This document shows, piece after piece, positions 31,076 to 40,398 of a stretch of DNA of 64,000 nt. Where the stretch lies: contig JAVZLK010000002.1 in the NCBI GenBank assembly GCA_038883795.1, forward strand, positions 64,001 through 128,000, given 5' to 3'. The notes under the pieces were generated by a model. That model ran no database searches, was not told where the DNA came from, and was given only the letters and a program-made list of their open reading frames with translations. How positions within the stretch are numbered: position 1 is the first letter of the stretch; the number at the start of each line of letters is the position of its first letter. The translations under genes were made by a program, and so were the position numbers. This stretch comes from Candidatus Bathyarchaeia archaeon. GTDB taxonomy: Archaea; Thermoproteota; Bathyarchaeia; Bathyarchaeales; Bathycorpusculaceae.

Positions 31076-31781
31076 TTGGAGAAAAGGGAATGGGAAAAAC
31101 TCATTGAAAACCTAATAAAGGAAGGCATCCTCCGCTCGCCAAAAGTCATCAAAGCCATGCGTTCTGTGCCTCGCTCAAAGTTTCTTCCAGAGAACATGCA
31201 ATCTTATAGTGCTGTGGACACGCCGCTTCCAATTGGTTTTGGGCAAACAATTTCGGCGCCACATAGCTCCGCAGCTGCGGGCTAGGCGAAACATGGTTTC
31301 AATAATGAATGAAGCCCTCCAATTGGAAGTCGGCCACAAAGTGTTGGAAATTGGGGCTGGTTCGGGGTGGCATGCCGCCACAATAGCTGAGATAGTTGCC
31401 TCCAGCGATGCGCCAAGAAGCGAATGGGGTCACGTTTACACTGTTGAAATAATTCAGGGATTAGCAGAATTTGCGAGAAAAAATATTATCAATAATGGTT
31501 ATGGTGACCGCGTTACCATAATATGCGCAGACGGTTCATTGGGTTATCCAGAGAGGGCTCCATACGACAGAATCCTTGTAACCGCCGCCGCGCCAGAAGT
31601 TCCAAAACCATTAATAGAACAGCTAAAACCAAATGGAATAATGCTAATCCCTATTGGAAGCGTATCGCTGTTCCAAAGCCTTATAAAAATCACAAAAGGC
31701 GCTGATGGAAAACTTAAAGAAGAAAACCTTGGCGGAGTAGCCTTTGTTCCGTTAACTGGACGTTATGGCCACAAATTTTAG
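31076..31781 (+). CDS. pcm: protein-L-isoaspartate O-methyltransferase, split by a 28-nt insert (exons 31076-31262 and 31291-31781)
   Basis: GQTISAPH in one frame and MVSIM...[10 protein letters not shown]...[11 protein letters not shown]...FVPL in another; removing 31263-31290 gives a 225-aa ORF. Confidence 0.9.
31263..31290 (+). other. candidate bulge-helix-bulge mRNA intron (28 nt)
   Basis: CGCC(31257-60)/GGCG(31285-88) 4-bp helix, 3-nt bulges ACA and AAA, inner stem TAGC-t-CCGCA/TGCGG-GCTA. Confidence 0.75.
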
Positions 31782-31783
31782 GC

Positions 31784-33085
31784 TTATCCTATGGAAAGTT
31801 TTTCTTTATAGGCTTGTAAATCTAAAAATCCATGTCCGCTTATGTTCATGCATATGACCTTTTCTTCACCAGCTTTTTCAGCCTTTAATGCTTCATCTAT
31901 TCCCGCACGTATAGCGTAGCTTGACTCTGGTGCTGCAAGCCAACCTTCAGCTTGTAGGAAAATTCTTGCTGCTTCAAAAATTGCTTTTTCGTCTGCTGGG
32001 TAGGCTATAGCTTTTACTATGCCATGATGCCTAAGAACGCTTATGAGTGGAGCGGCAGCATGATAACGTAAACCATCCGCCTTTATGGGCACCATTTCCG
32101 TTTTATGCCCAAGCGTGTACATTTTAAGCATTGGCGTGTGTTCTGCTACATCGCCGAAATCATAGCGGTACTCGCCTTTAACAAGGTTTGGTGCCGCTTC
32201 TGACTGGGCTGCCAAAAACTCACATCGACGCTTTTTCTGTAAAACTTCGCCGGCAAAGGGTAGGGCTATTCCGCCAAAGTTTGAGCCTCCACCCAAACAA
32301 CCAATAATCAAGTCTGGAGAATCATCGGCAATTTCAAACTGTTTTATTGCTTCTAAACCGATGATTGATTGGTGTATTAGAACATGGTTTAGAACGGAGC
32401 CGAGGCAATAAACGCTTCCTTCATGGGTTTCCGCATATTCCAAGCCTTCTGAAACTGCTATGCCCAATGACCCTTGATGGTTTAAATCCTTAGCTAAAAG
32501 GGTTTTTCCGATGTTTGTTTCCTTGCTTGGAGAAGCATAAACGTCTGCTCCCATAAGTTTCATCAGCGTGCGCCTATCAGTCTTCCAGTTGTATACGGCT
32601 CTGACCCAAAAAATCACGCACCTAAGCCCCATAATTGCCGCTGCATAAGAAAGCGCACTTCCCCATTGTCCAGCTCCGGTTTCTGTTACTAATGTTGTTT
32701 TTCCTTCTTTAGCCGCATAATAGGCTTGTGCTAACGCTGTATTAACCTTGTGAGAGCCTGTGGGCGACAAGTCTTCCCGTTTATAATAAAGCCTCACCTT
32801 CTTCAGTCCCAGATATTTTTCTAATCTTCTGGCTCTGTAAAGGGGACGGGGGCGTCCAGCTTGAATATATAATTCTCTTATTTCCTCTGGAATTGGAATC
32901 CACCTTTCATTCGACATTTCCTGTCTAAGACATTCGTGCACCATGGTTTTTCCGAGAAATTCCATGCGTGAAGGACCAGTTTCTGGTTCTTTCGGTGGCG
33001 GTAATGGTTCGGGTAAATCTGGAATGATGTTGTACCATTTCGTCGGCAACTCGTCGATTGGGAGGTTTATTTGATTTTTCTCCAT
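31784..33085 (-). CDS. trpB2: tryptophan synthase beta chain, TrpB2 type
   Basis: PTGSHK, TETGAGQWG, GSLGIAVSE, GGGSNFGG, NISGHG. Confidence 0.93.
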   Translation of the reverse strand: MEKNQINLPIDELPTKWYNIIPDLPEPLPPPKEPETGPSRMEFLGKTMVHECLRQEMSNERWIPIPEEIRELYIQAGRPRPLYRARRLEKYLGLKKVRLYYKREDLSPTGSHKVNTALAQAYYAAKEGKTTLVTETGAGQWGSALSYAAAIMGLRCVIFWVRAVYNWKTDRRTLMKLMGADVYASPSKETNIGKTLLAKDLNHQGSLGIAVSEGLEYAETHEGSVYCLGSVLNHVLIHQSIIGLEAIKQFEIADDSPDLIIGCLGGGSNFGGIALPFAGEVLQKKRRCEFLAAQSEAAPNLVKGEYRYDFGDVAEHTPMLKMYTLGHKTEMVPIKADGLRYHAAAPLISVLRHHGIVKAIAYPADEKAIFEAARIFLQAEGWLAAPESSYAIRAGIDEALKAEKAGEEKVICMNISGHGFLDLQAYKEKLSIG

Positions 33086-33174
33086 GAGCCTTCACCTTTT
33101 AAAGAATTTTCTTTTATTAATGCCCTCTCAAGTTAAAGATTTCCATTTAAACATGCAGTCTGCTCATACAAAAA

Positions 33175-34209
33175 CTATCTAAACCACTCTTCCAGTGTTG
33201 TTTTTCCCTTTTGCTTTGTTATGCCTTTCTGCATTTTCTCCACAGCCTTCCTGACACGGTCTTCTGAAAAGTCTCTTTCTCTACATATGAAATTTACAAT
33301 TCCTTCCATATCAGGTTCTTTCCATTCTATTTTGTAATTATCCGTAACCTTTGGATGGAGAAAAATCTCCCTAATTCTTTGAGGTTCAACTGGAAACTCT
33401 GCATTTTTCAAATATGGCATGGCATTCTCAATGTTCCCATACTCTTTTATCAGTTTTAAGGCAGTTTTTGGTCCCAAACCCTTAACGCCTTCTGGATTGA
33501 AGTCCGTTCCTATCAGTATGCCCACATCAATTAGCTGTTCATAAGTTATATCGCATTCTTGCAGAACACTTTCCAACTCGACAACTTCTGGAATAACTTC
33601 GATATAGACATTTTTGCTCGGAAGCTTTCTCCTTCCAGAAATTGTCACGTTTCTTACAAGCCTTGGAGCGCCAAAAAGCAAGCTGTCATAGTCTTGGCTT
33701 GCACAGTAGTCTGCGTCTCCACGCTTTACTATGTGTGCAGCTTGGGCTTCTCCTTCGCTGGGTGCTTGAATCCATGGGATTCCCATCAAATCCAAGAGTT
33801 TTTTGCTGTCTTCTGCCATGTAATCTTTCAGGCGGGAGGTGGCTTGCGCATACATGCGGGCTTCTTCTATCTTGCCCTCTTTTATGGCTTGTTCATATTT
33901 TATTAGGGCTTCTTCTTTTGCTTTCATGCGCCTCTTTATTTCCACTTCCTTAAGGGTGGGCGGTGTTCCATCAAAAACGTAAATTGGTTTTATTCCCATT
34001 TCCACAAGGTTGCTTGTTCTGTAAAGGAGCCCGCTTAAATGACTTGTGATTCTTCCCATAGTATCCTTTAGCGGCGTGCCGTTTGGCTGGCGGATTATTG
34101 CCAAAAACTGGTATAGGGCGTTATAAGCGTCTATGGCTATGGATTTTCCACTTAAATCTTCAAGTCTAACAATTTTTTTAGGAACCAAATCTCGAAGGTT
34201 TACTCCCAA
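33175..34209 (-). CDS. fen: flap endonuclease 1
   Basis: GV N-terminus (TTG 34209), IDAYNALYQF, APSEGEAQ, SQDYD, GTDFN, C-terminal PIP-like TLEEWF. Confidence 0.97.
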   Translation of the reverse strand: MGVNLRDLVPKKIVRLEDLSGKSIAIDAYNALYQFLAIIRQPNGTPLKDTMGRITSHLSGLLYRTSNLVEMGIKPIYVFDGTPPTLKEVEIKRRMKAKEEALIKYEQAIKEGKIEEARMYAQATSRLKDYMAEDSKKLLDLMGIPWIQAPSEGEAQAAHIVKRGDADYCASQDYDSLLFGAPRLVRNVTISGRRKLPSKNVYIEVIPEVVELESVLQECDITYEQLIDVGILIGTDFNPEGVKGLGPKTALKLIKEYGNIENAMPYLKNAEFPVEPQRIREIFLHPKVTDNYKIEWKEPDMEGIVNFICRERDFSEDRVRKAVEKMQKGITKQKGKTTLEEWFR

Positions 34210-34315
34210 AACAACCCCGTGAAAATATAGCATAAGACTATAATAATAAACTTGCGAAAACACACAAGATATAAGGAAGCTTTACAAATACAAAAGCTAT
34301 CAATGAGGAATAATC

Positions 34316-34504
34316 ATGGCAGAAAAAACAGCAACCATAACCCTCGTAACATGCACAAGCTGCGGCAAACCCATAGCTCCAGGAGCGGAAGCCACAAAAT
34401 TTCTATGCCCAAACTGTGGAGAAATTCTCATAAGGCGTTGTGGAAAATGCAGAAAGTTTGGGCGCCCCTATAAATGTCCAAAATGCGGCTTCACTGGACC
34501 ATAG
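34316..34504 (+). CDS. small Zn-finger protein (DUF1610/HVO_2753-like)
   Basis: [28 protein letters not shown]. Confidence 0.9.
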   Translation: MAEKTATITLVTCTSCGKPIAPGAEATKFLCPNCGEILIRRCGKCRKFGRPYKCPKCGFTGP

Positions 34505-34536
34505 ATACAATAAGAAAAAAGTGGAAGTTGAAGCAT

Positions 34537-36129
34537 TTACTCTGGCGGTATTTCGCTGAGCAGTGTTTTTAGGTCTATGCCCATCTTCTTGTTCTTGTAA
34601 GCGTAGTAAATGTAGAGGGCTAAGCCTATACCTAAAACAAGGCATGATATGAAAATGTCCAATGGCGCCATGACTTGGGCGTTTGCGGCGAAGAAGAATA
34701 TGCCCAAAGCAAAGGCGGCAACACCACATATAGCTGGAACCGGTACTCCAGCAACTTCAACCTTAATGCTTTCGTAGATTTCAGGCTTAGTTATTGGCAG
34801 CAAAGCCAAGGCAAGTCCAGTGAATAAATAGCCAAGCAAATACATGAAAGTCGCATTAATTCCACCAGCCAAAGTTCTCAGCGGACCCAAAACTGGCGAA
34901 GAAATAATTATGCCTATGGCTCCACCAATTACCATGAACAATATTGCCCAAGTTGGCGTGTGGAATCTTTCGCTAACATCAGCGAACCTTTCTGGAAACA
35001 GCCTATCAAAAGCCAAAGAGAAGACTCGTCTAGTTTCCATCATTAAAGCGGCAGGCTGCACGTGGTAAAGGCTGAAGGCTCCAGCCGTTGCTATTAGAAA
35101 TGTGAGGAGCACATTTCCACCACCAAAAATAACACCAAACATGGGTAACACTGGCTCAATTCTAGGCGTGATTTTAAAGTCTGCTGCTGTGCCTTTGTAA
35201 TAGGCCCAATTATATTGTGAGATGAATTCTCCACCCGCATAAAAGGCTGAAGCTGCCATAGTTATATAAATAACAGCCGTTATCAACGTACCACCGATTA
35301 TTCCAATCAACAAGTTTCTTTTCGGGTTCTTTATTTCGCCCGACCATTGAGCAGGGTTATGAAAACCAGAGTATGCGAAAAGAGCCGCACCTGCAACAGC
35401 CCGAATTGTGGCATCAAAGTTTGGTGCAGCTGGGCTCCAATTATATTTCTGGGCGATCGAAACAATTTCATCGTAGGATCCTGTACCCCAGACGGAGTCC
35501 CATGCGCTTTTGAAGGATGTCGGATTGAATGGGTTTGCGTAGTTTAGAGCGATGCAAGCTAGTGCGCCTATTATTGGAATGAGCCATATTATTGCTGTGT
35601 AAGCTTTGAATGCTGTTCCTCCAATCGTCAAAAACAGCCACACAGTGAAAAGCAGGAACAAGGCGCAAGCAATTTTTATTGTGGGGTCAGCAGCGGCAAG
35701 CCAAGATCCAAAATCAGCTAGACCCTTGTTGCCTGTTCCTTGCCCCAGCATTCTAAAAGCAATAGCCCAAAGGGACACATCCGTATAAAGTAGAAATCCT
35801 ATTGAAAACCACCTGCCCAAGAAGTTTCCTATTGTTACGACGTAGCCGAGTGCTGGGTTTGTTGTTCTTGAGATGAAAACGTAGTCTCCTCCAGCCCTTG
35901 GCATGCAGGAGGCTAGCCATGCGTATGAGATGGCGAAGAAGAAGGCTGGAATAAGTCCGATTATGAAGGCTAGGGTGGGGTCTGAGCCTGGATAAGTGTA
36001 TGGCATTCTTATTGATAGTCCCCAGATTCCTGCGCCTATCATGTTGTTCATTGCCATCATTAGTGCCATCATTGGACCGAATTCTCTGACAAGCCCAGTG
36101 GCTTCTCTTACAAAAGTTGCTTTAGACAA
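34537..36129 (-). CDS. APC-family amino acid/polyamine permease
   Basis: FVREATGLVRE, MPRAGGDYVFISR, GEIKNPKR, AFDRLFP, about 12 TM segments, EIPPE end. Confidence 0.9.
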   Translation of the reverse strand: MSKATFVREATGLVREFGPMMALMMAMNNMIGAGIWGLSIRMPYTYPGSDPTLAFIIGLIPAFFFAISYAWLASCMPRAGGDYVFISRTTNPALGYVVTIGNFLGRWFSIGFLLYTDVSLWAIAFRMLGQGTGNKGLADFGSWLAAADPTIKIACALFLLFTVWLFLTIGGTAFKAYTAIIWLIPIIGALACIALNYANPFNPTSFKSAWDSVWGTGSYDEIVSIAQKYNWSPAAPNFDATIRAVAGAALFAYSGFHNPAQWSGEIKNPKRNLLIGIIGGTLITAVIYITMAASAFYAGGEFISQYNWAYYKGTAADFKITPRIEPVLPMFGVIFGGGNVLLTFLIATAGAFSLYHVQPAALMMETRRVFSLAFDRLFPERFADVSERFHTPTWAILFMVIGGAIGIIISSPVLGPLRTLAGGINATFMYLLGYLFTGLALALLPITKPEIYESIKVEVAGVPVPAICGVAAFALGIFFFAANAQVMAPLDIFISCLVLGIGLALYIYYAYKNKKMGIDLKTLLSEIPPE

Positions 36130-36245
36130 TTTTCTCCTCTCCTAATTGCACAATTTTTTCATTATATTATGATGTATTTATAAGCCTTTTTAAAAAAGTT
36201 CACTTGTCATGGAATTCTTTAGAAAATTGATTGTTAAATCAAAAA

Positions 36246-37202
36246 TTAACAAGCCACCCTCCAGTGTCCCTGAACCTTATCCCCACTCAAGAAAACAATG
36301 TAACCACGCAAAATACCCTCAGCATACTCAGAACCAGGATTAACGCATAAGGTTCTACCAAACCTTTTGAAACCAGCAGACTCATGTATATGCCCATGCA
36401 ACCCCAAGAGAGGCTTATACTTCTCTATCATATGCCTCACAGCTTTGCTGCCCATAGGCGCCAAATCTACTCCGCCACCGAAGCGAACCCTAACTGAAAA
36501 GTCATCCTTAAGTCTGGGCGCTGTGTCGAGTCCAGAATTGTATGGTGGTGCATGAAAGTTGCATATGAGTTTCTCGTAATTTTTGGCTTTAGCCATTAAC
36601 CCCTCTAACATGGGTTCAAGCTTCTCGTCTGGCGCTTCCCTTGTGGTTTTCCAAGGAGTTGGATTAACCCAGCCGCATGTAACCATTTCATATCCGTCTG
36701 GAAGGTGGACAAGCTTCATTTCGCATGCAACTACAGAATCGCTCTTTTCAAGAATTTCATCAACAACCAAACGGTCGTCATTTCCAGGCGAAACGTAAAG
36801 CACGGATTTTCCCTTAAATTTTTCAGAGGCAAGGTCCATCCACTGTTGCATTCGTTCCACCATGAGGCGGTTGAAAAGGTCTTTTTGGGCTTGGGGGTCA
36901 TTGTTCAAGCGTTCAATTTCTTCTTTTTCGCATGGATAAGGATAGTAACCAGAATTGGCTATCTTTGCACTTTCTTCTTGAAGCTGATTTGCCGTAATTT
37001 TAATATGTCTGCCAAAAATTTCATATGAATATTCACTGCCTTCTCTAACCATTGGTATAACCATTTTTCCAGTTAAATCTCCACCCAAAATTGCAATGTC
37101 AACCTTAAAATGTTCAATTACTCTTAAAAACTTCTTCCAACAAGTGTCGCTTCCATGAACGTCTGATGCGAAGAAAAGTTTCAGCAACCTTTTCATCTCC
37201 AA
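36246..37202 (-). CDS. calcineurin-like metallophosphoesterase
   Basis: SDVHGS, GGDLTGK, PGNDD, HAPPY, HGHIHES, NPGSEY. Confidence 0.88.
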   Translation of the reverse strand: MEMKRLLKLFFASDVHGSDTCWKKFLRVIEHFKVDIAILGGDLTGKMVIPMVREGSEYSYEIFGRHIKITANQLQEESAKIANSGYYPYPCEKEEIERLNNDPQAQKDLFNRLMVERMQQWMDLASEKFKGKSVLYVSPGNDDRLVVDEILEKSDSVVACEMKLVHLPDGYEMVTCGWVNPTPWKTTREAPDEKLEPMLEGLMAKAKNYEKLICNFHAPPYNSGLDTAPRLKDDFSVRVRFGGGVDLAPMGSKAVRHMIEKYKPLLGLHGHIHESAGFKRFGRTLCVNPGSEYAEGILRGYIVFLSGDKVQGHWRVAC

Positions 37203-37229
37203 ACTTTAGTTCTAATGATAATTTTCAAC

Positions 37230-37241
37230 AAAATATACTTT
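37230..37241 (+). repeat. putative attL direct repeat
   Basis: AAAATATACTTT, identical to 45168-45179. Confidence 0.6.
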
Positions 37242-37250
37242 GCTCTATGC

Positions 37251-37451
37251 TTATGTCTGAGAAAGTAAATGTCTGCTATGTTTAACCATATGTTCGCAGT
37301 AATCCGTCGTTTCAGTTTGCGCATTATAGCAGTTTTGGCATTCAATTATTCGCTGTTTTAAATTCGCTTTCGGAAAACGCCAAACGCAATTAGAAAAAAT
37401 TGGGTGTTTCGGTTCGGCGGTTTCCGTTTGTTTTTTGGGCATCTTACGCAC
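37251..37451 (-). CDS. small Cys-containing hypothetical protein
   Basis: C..CQNC..C pattern; overlaps the upstream gene stop and ends just inside the left repeat. Confidence 0.5.
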   Translation of the reverse strand: MRKMPKKQTETAEPKHPIFSNCVWRFPKANLKQRIIECQNCYNAQTETTDYCEHMVKHSRHLLSQT

Positions 37452-37734
37452 GCTCGATTCTTACGCCTTTCTCTGTTCGGAAAATCTTTACGGGAATGTC
37501 TACACCTTTTTGCCAGCCGAGCGCTTCGTATAAGGCTTTTTCAATGTGCAAAAACCCGTATTTGTTGATTTTGCCTTCAAAAACTGTTTGTTCGGTTTCC
37601 TTGGCTTTCTTTTCGATTATCTCTGCAGCTTTTTCCTCAGCGGTTTTGCCTTCTGCTTTGGCTGACTTTTCGAGCGCTTCAGCCGTTTTCTCGGGTAATT
37701 GAATTTTCTTTTTCGGTTCAAATCTATTATTCAT
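37444..37734 (-). CDS. small DNA-binding-like protein (RHH-like N-terminus, AbrB-like C-terminus)
   Basis: IQLPEKTAEALEKSA..EGKT then GKINKYGFLHIEKALYEALGWQKG..V; AGGAG RBS-like upstream. Confidence 0.6.
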   Translation of the reverse strand: MNNRFEPKKKIQLPEKTAEALEKSAKAEGKTAEEKAAEIIEKKAKETEQTVFEGKINKYGFLHIEKALYEALGWQKGVDIPVKIFRTEKGVRIERA

Positions 37735-38369
37735 TTTTTCTCACTTCTCCTTTTAACTCGCCCTCGGCGTCTGTCCGAAGGCAATGAGAAAAAGGGGAAA
37801 AGAAAACTTCGCATTTCTGCTTGCTACACAGCCTACTTTGTATTTATCCTATGCAATCGAGTGTCGCTTACCCGCTTATATGCATCATGAACGTAATAAC
37901 GGTTTAATCCGCTATTCGTTTTTCATGTGCTGCATTTCGTGCGTTTCCGGGGCTTTACCATCGTGCCCGTTCCAGACCCGGGTAACCCCGTTCCCGCTTT
38001 CGCTTATCGGCGATTTAACGATTCGCTGATTATTTTTGAGCGTTTAAACGGGTCGCTTTTTCGATTGGCGCTTTTACGTTTATGCGTTTTTCGTTTCCGG
38101 GAGTTACGCTTTCCCGTCCGTTTTACGCTCGCTCCTACGGGTCGTTTCGTTTCGTTTTTTCCTGTGCGTGTCGCTTTGCGACGAATAAGCGTATATTGGG
38201 TATCTATTTAAATTTTAGGTATGAATTATTCAGATTAGGCTAATTAAGCCACAAATTGACGATTTTCAGACTATATAATAAAACGTTTGTCACACCAATT
38301 TAAAAAAGTGAAAATATGTGTAATTAAGAAAGTAAAAATTTAAATAAACAAACGATTATTAAATCACAA

Positions 38370-38394
38370 TGGTCATCAGTGATCAAAATGACCA
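38370..38394. promoter_or_regulatory. inverted-repeat operator overlapping the RHH start codon
   Basis: TGGTCAT(38370-76)-N11-ATGACCA(38388-94). Confidence 0.5.
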
Positions 38395-38537
38395 AACATA
38401 TAAAAATTAGTGATGAAAACTACAAAGAACTCATAAAAATCATCGGACTACTACAGGTCAAAGAAAAAAGAAGAGTGACTATAGATGATGCAATAGATTT
38501 TCTTCTTCAGAAGGTGAAAGTAGATGAACAACAATAA
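38388..38537 (+). CDS. small RHH-like regulator upstream of methyltransferase, not in ORF track
   Basis: MTKHIKISDENYKELIKIIGLLQVKEKRRVTIDDAIDFLLQKVKVDEQQ (49 aa); overlaps the MTase start. Confidence 0.7.
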   Translation: MTKHIKISDENYKELIKIIGLLQVKEKRRVTIDDAIDFLLQKVKVDEQQ

Positions 38538-39432
38538 GAACTCCCTTTATCCCGAACGTGTTTTGTCAGAGATCTTAAAGTCAAGAGAAATAGAACTGCC
38601 AAGGACTCGGCACAAGATTGTAATTGGTGACAGCAGACATATGGATGAAGTAGCAAACGAATCAGTGCATTTAATAGTTACATCGCCTCCTTACCCAATG
38701 ATAGATATATGGGACGGCTTATTCAAAAAATTAGGATGTAAAACCTTTAATGACATGCATGATTATTTAGCTGACGTTTGGGCGGAATGTAAACGAGTTC
38801 TAGTTAACGGCGGAATTGCTTGTATAAATATCGGGGATGCCCTACGAAAAGTTAACGGCGTCTTTAGACTTTTTCCAAATCATGCAGAAGTCATTAAAAG
38901 ATTTGAGGAACTCGGATTTGTAACATTGCCAAATATTCTTTGGAAAAAGCCTACGACTAAACCTAATTCTTTTCTTGGTTCTGGTTTCCTTCCAACCAAC
39001 GCTTATGTTACATTAGATTGCGAATATATACTGATTTTTAGAAAAGGTGGCGACCTGAGAAAGTTTCTTACAAAAGACCCATACAGATACGCCAGTTACT
39101 ATACAAAAGAGGAAAGAGATGTATGGTTTTCCCAAATTTGGGACATCAAAGGCGTTAAGCAAGAATCCAACGAAGTTGAAAGAAGAGTAGCAGCTTACCC
39201 AGACGAAATTCCTTATAGATTACTAAGAATGTTTTCGATAATAGGTGATACCGTTTTAGATCCATTCTTAGGAACAGGCACAACAACTAAAGTTGCCATG
39301 AACCTTCACAGAAATAGCATAGGCTATGAGATAGATGAAAAAATGCTAACTCTAATAAAGAAGAAAATCGGTTACCAGCAGAGATTGTTCGAACCACATA
39401 AATTTGAAATCGAAATAATTAAGAAGCATTAA
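38524..39432 (+). CDS. beta-class N4-cytosine DNA methyltransferase (type II RM)
   Basis: VTSPPY catalytic motif N-terminal to DPFLGTGTT SAM-binding motif. Confidence 0.92.
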   Translation: MNNNKNSLYPERVLSEILKSREIELPRTRHKIVIGDSRHMDEVANESVHLIVTSPPYPMIDIWDGLFKKLGCKTFNDMHDYLADVWAECKRVLVNGGIACINIGDALRKVNGVFRLFPNHAEVIKRFEELGFVTLPNILWKKPTTKPNSFLGSGFLPTNAYVTLDCEYILIFRKGGDLRKFLTKDPYRYASYYTKEERDVWFSQIWDIKGVKQESNEVERRVAAYPDEIPYRLLRMFSIIGDTVLDPFLGTGTTTKVAMNLHRNSIGYEIDEKMLTLIKKKIGYQQRLFEPHKFEIEIIKKH

Positions 39433-39470
39433 TTAAAAAATACTATTAACAAATATGGAAAGAGGCGACA

Positions 39471-39749
39471 ATGATGAGTAAACTTGTAAGAATAGAGCAT
39501 ACATTAAGAAGATGGGAGAAAAAGTATGGCTACATAGGGCTTTCTCTTGAACAAGAGCGTGATTTGTTTTCTGAAGTTAAGGATAAACGTTTTACATTGA
39601 AATTTTTAGGAAAAACTTTATTGGAACGGAAAATCGACGATAGCTGGCGCATATATGTTGGGTCCAGAGTTATGGAAGATTTAAAAGTTGATGACGTTTT
39701 GACAATTTACCAAGACAAAGACGGAAATTACTACGTTGAAAGAAAATAA
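39471..39749 (+). CDS. small hypothetical protein, possible B3/EcoRII-N-like beta-barrel
   Basis: beta-rich 92 aa with YGYIGL, RIYVG, LKVDDVLTI. Confidence 0.55.
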   Translation: MMSKLVRIEHTLRRWEKKYGYIGLSLEQERDLFSEVKDKRFTLKFLGKTLLERKIDDSWRIYVGSRVMEDLKVDDVLTIYQDKDGNYYVERK

Positions 39750-39752
39750 ATA

Positions 39753-40352
39753 TTATTGCTCAAACTCAAACTCTATACCATCTTCTGTTTTTCTGTAGTA
39801 AACAATCTTTGCTGCTATCTTTTCCCCCAAGCGACCCTTTTCAATTTTATAAGTTTCTGGTTTAATAGAGACTGGTGTATCACCAATGAATCCATCGATT
39901 CCTTGTGCTTCTTCATCTGGCGTCGCCAATCTGTAGTTTTTCCTCAAGGTTGAAGCAATTCTTTTTAGCACAAGCTCTTGAAAACGCAGTCCAATAAAAG
40001 TTTTAACCAACACCAAATCTTCAACCCATTCTCTCACTATATTTTCATCGATTTTATCCATAACATTTTTAAATTCTTCTAACTTTTTAACTATTTTCTT
40101 TGTCGCCCGATCTATTGCATTTGGCATCACAGCCAAATACCATTTTTTCCATCCTTCAAATGTCTTGTAAGGACATTTTTGAATTAACTCACTCATCTGT
40201 CCAACAACTTCTGGTCGTGTTGCACCAGAAAAGCGATTTGCCAAATTTAAAATAGGAGAAACGTAAGTAGGAAAAACCTTCGACTCGCCAATTAGTTCAG
40301 TCCTGAGTTCGTCATTTTTAAGTTTAAATTTCATTTCGTTCACACTTTGCAA
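39753..40352 (-). CDS. MjaI-family type II restriction endonuclease
   Basis: NLAN...ATRPEVVGQMSELI, WVEDLVLVKTFIGL, EEAQGIDGFIG..PVSIKP..Y. Confidence 0.82.
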   Translation of the reverse strand: MQSVNEMKFKLKNDELRTELIGESKVFPTYVSPILNLANRFSGATRPEVVGQMSELIQKCPYKTFEGWKKWYLAVMPNAIDRATKKIVKKLEEFKNVMDKIDENIVREWVEDLVLVKTFIGLRFQELVLKRIASTLRKNYRLATPDEEAQGIDGFIGDTPVSIKPETYKIEKGRLGEKIAAKIVYYRKTEDGIEFEFEQ

Positions 40353-40398
40353 ATGTGCTTTGTATATAAACTTGATAAAAAACTTTCGGGCAGAGCAA

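Noticed and set aside
31076-31781. pcm as a simple frameshift pseudogene or programmed frameshift
   Set aside because: The disruption is a discrete 28-nt structured insert whose BHB-rule excision restores the conserved motif exactly, and both halves are otherwise intact.
37699-38211. Plus-strand ORFs 37699-37890, 37784-38029 and 37927-38211
   Set aside because: Arg/Phe-rich translations produced by the T/CG-biased structured region, with no protein-like features.
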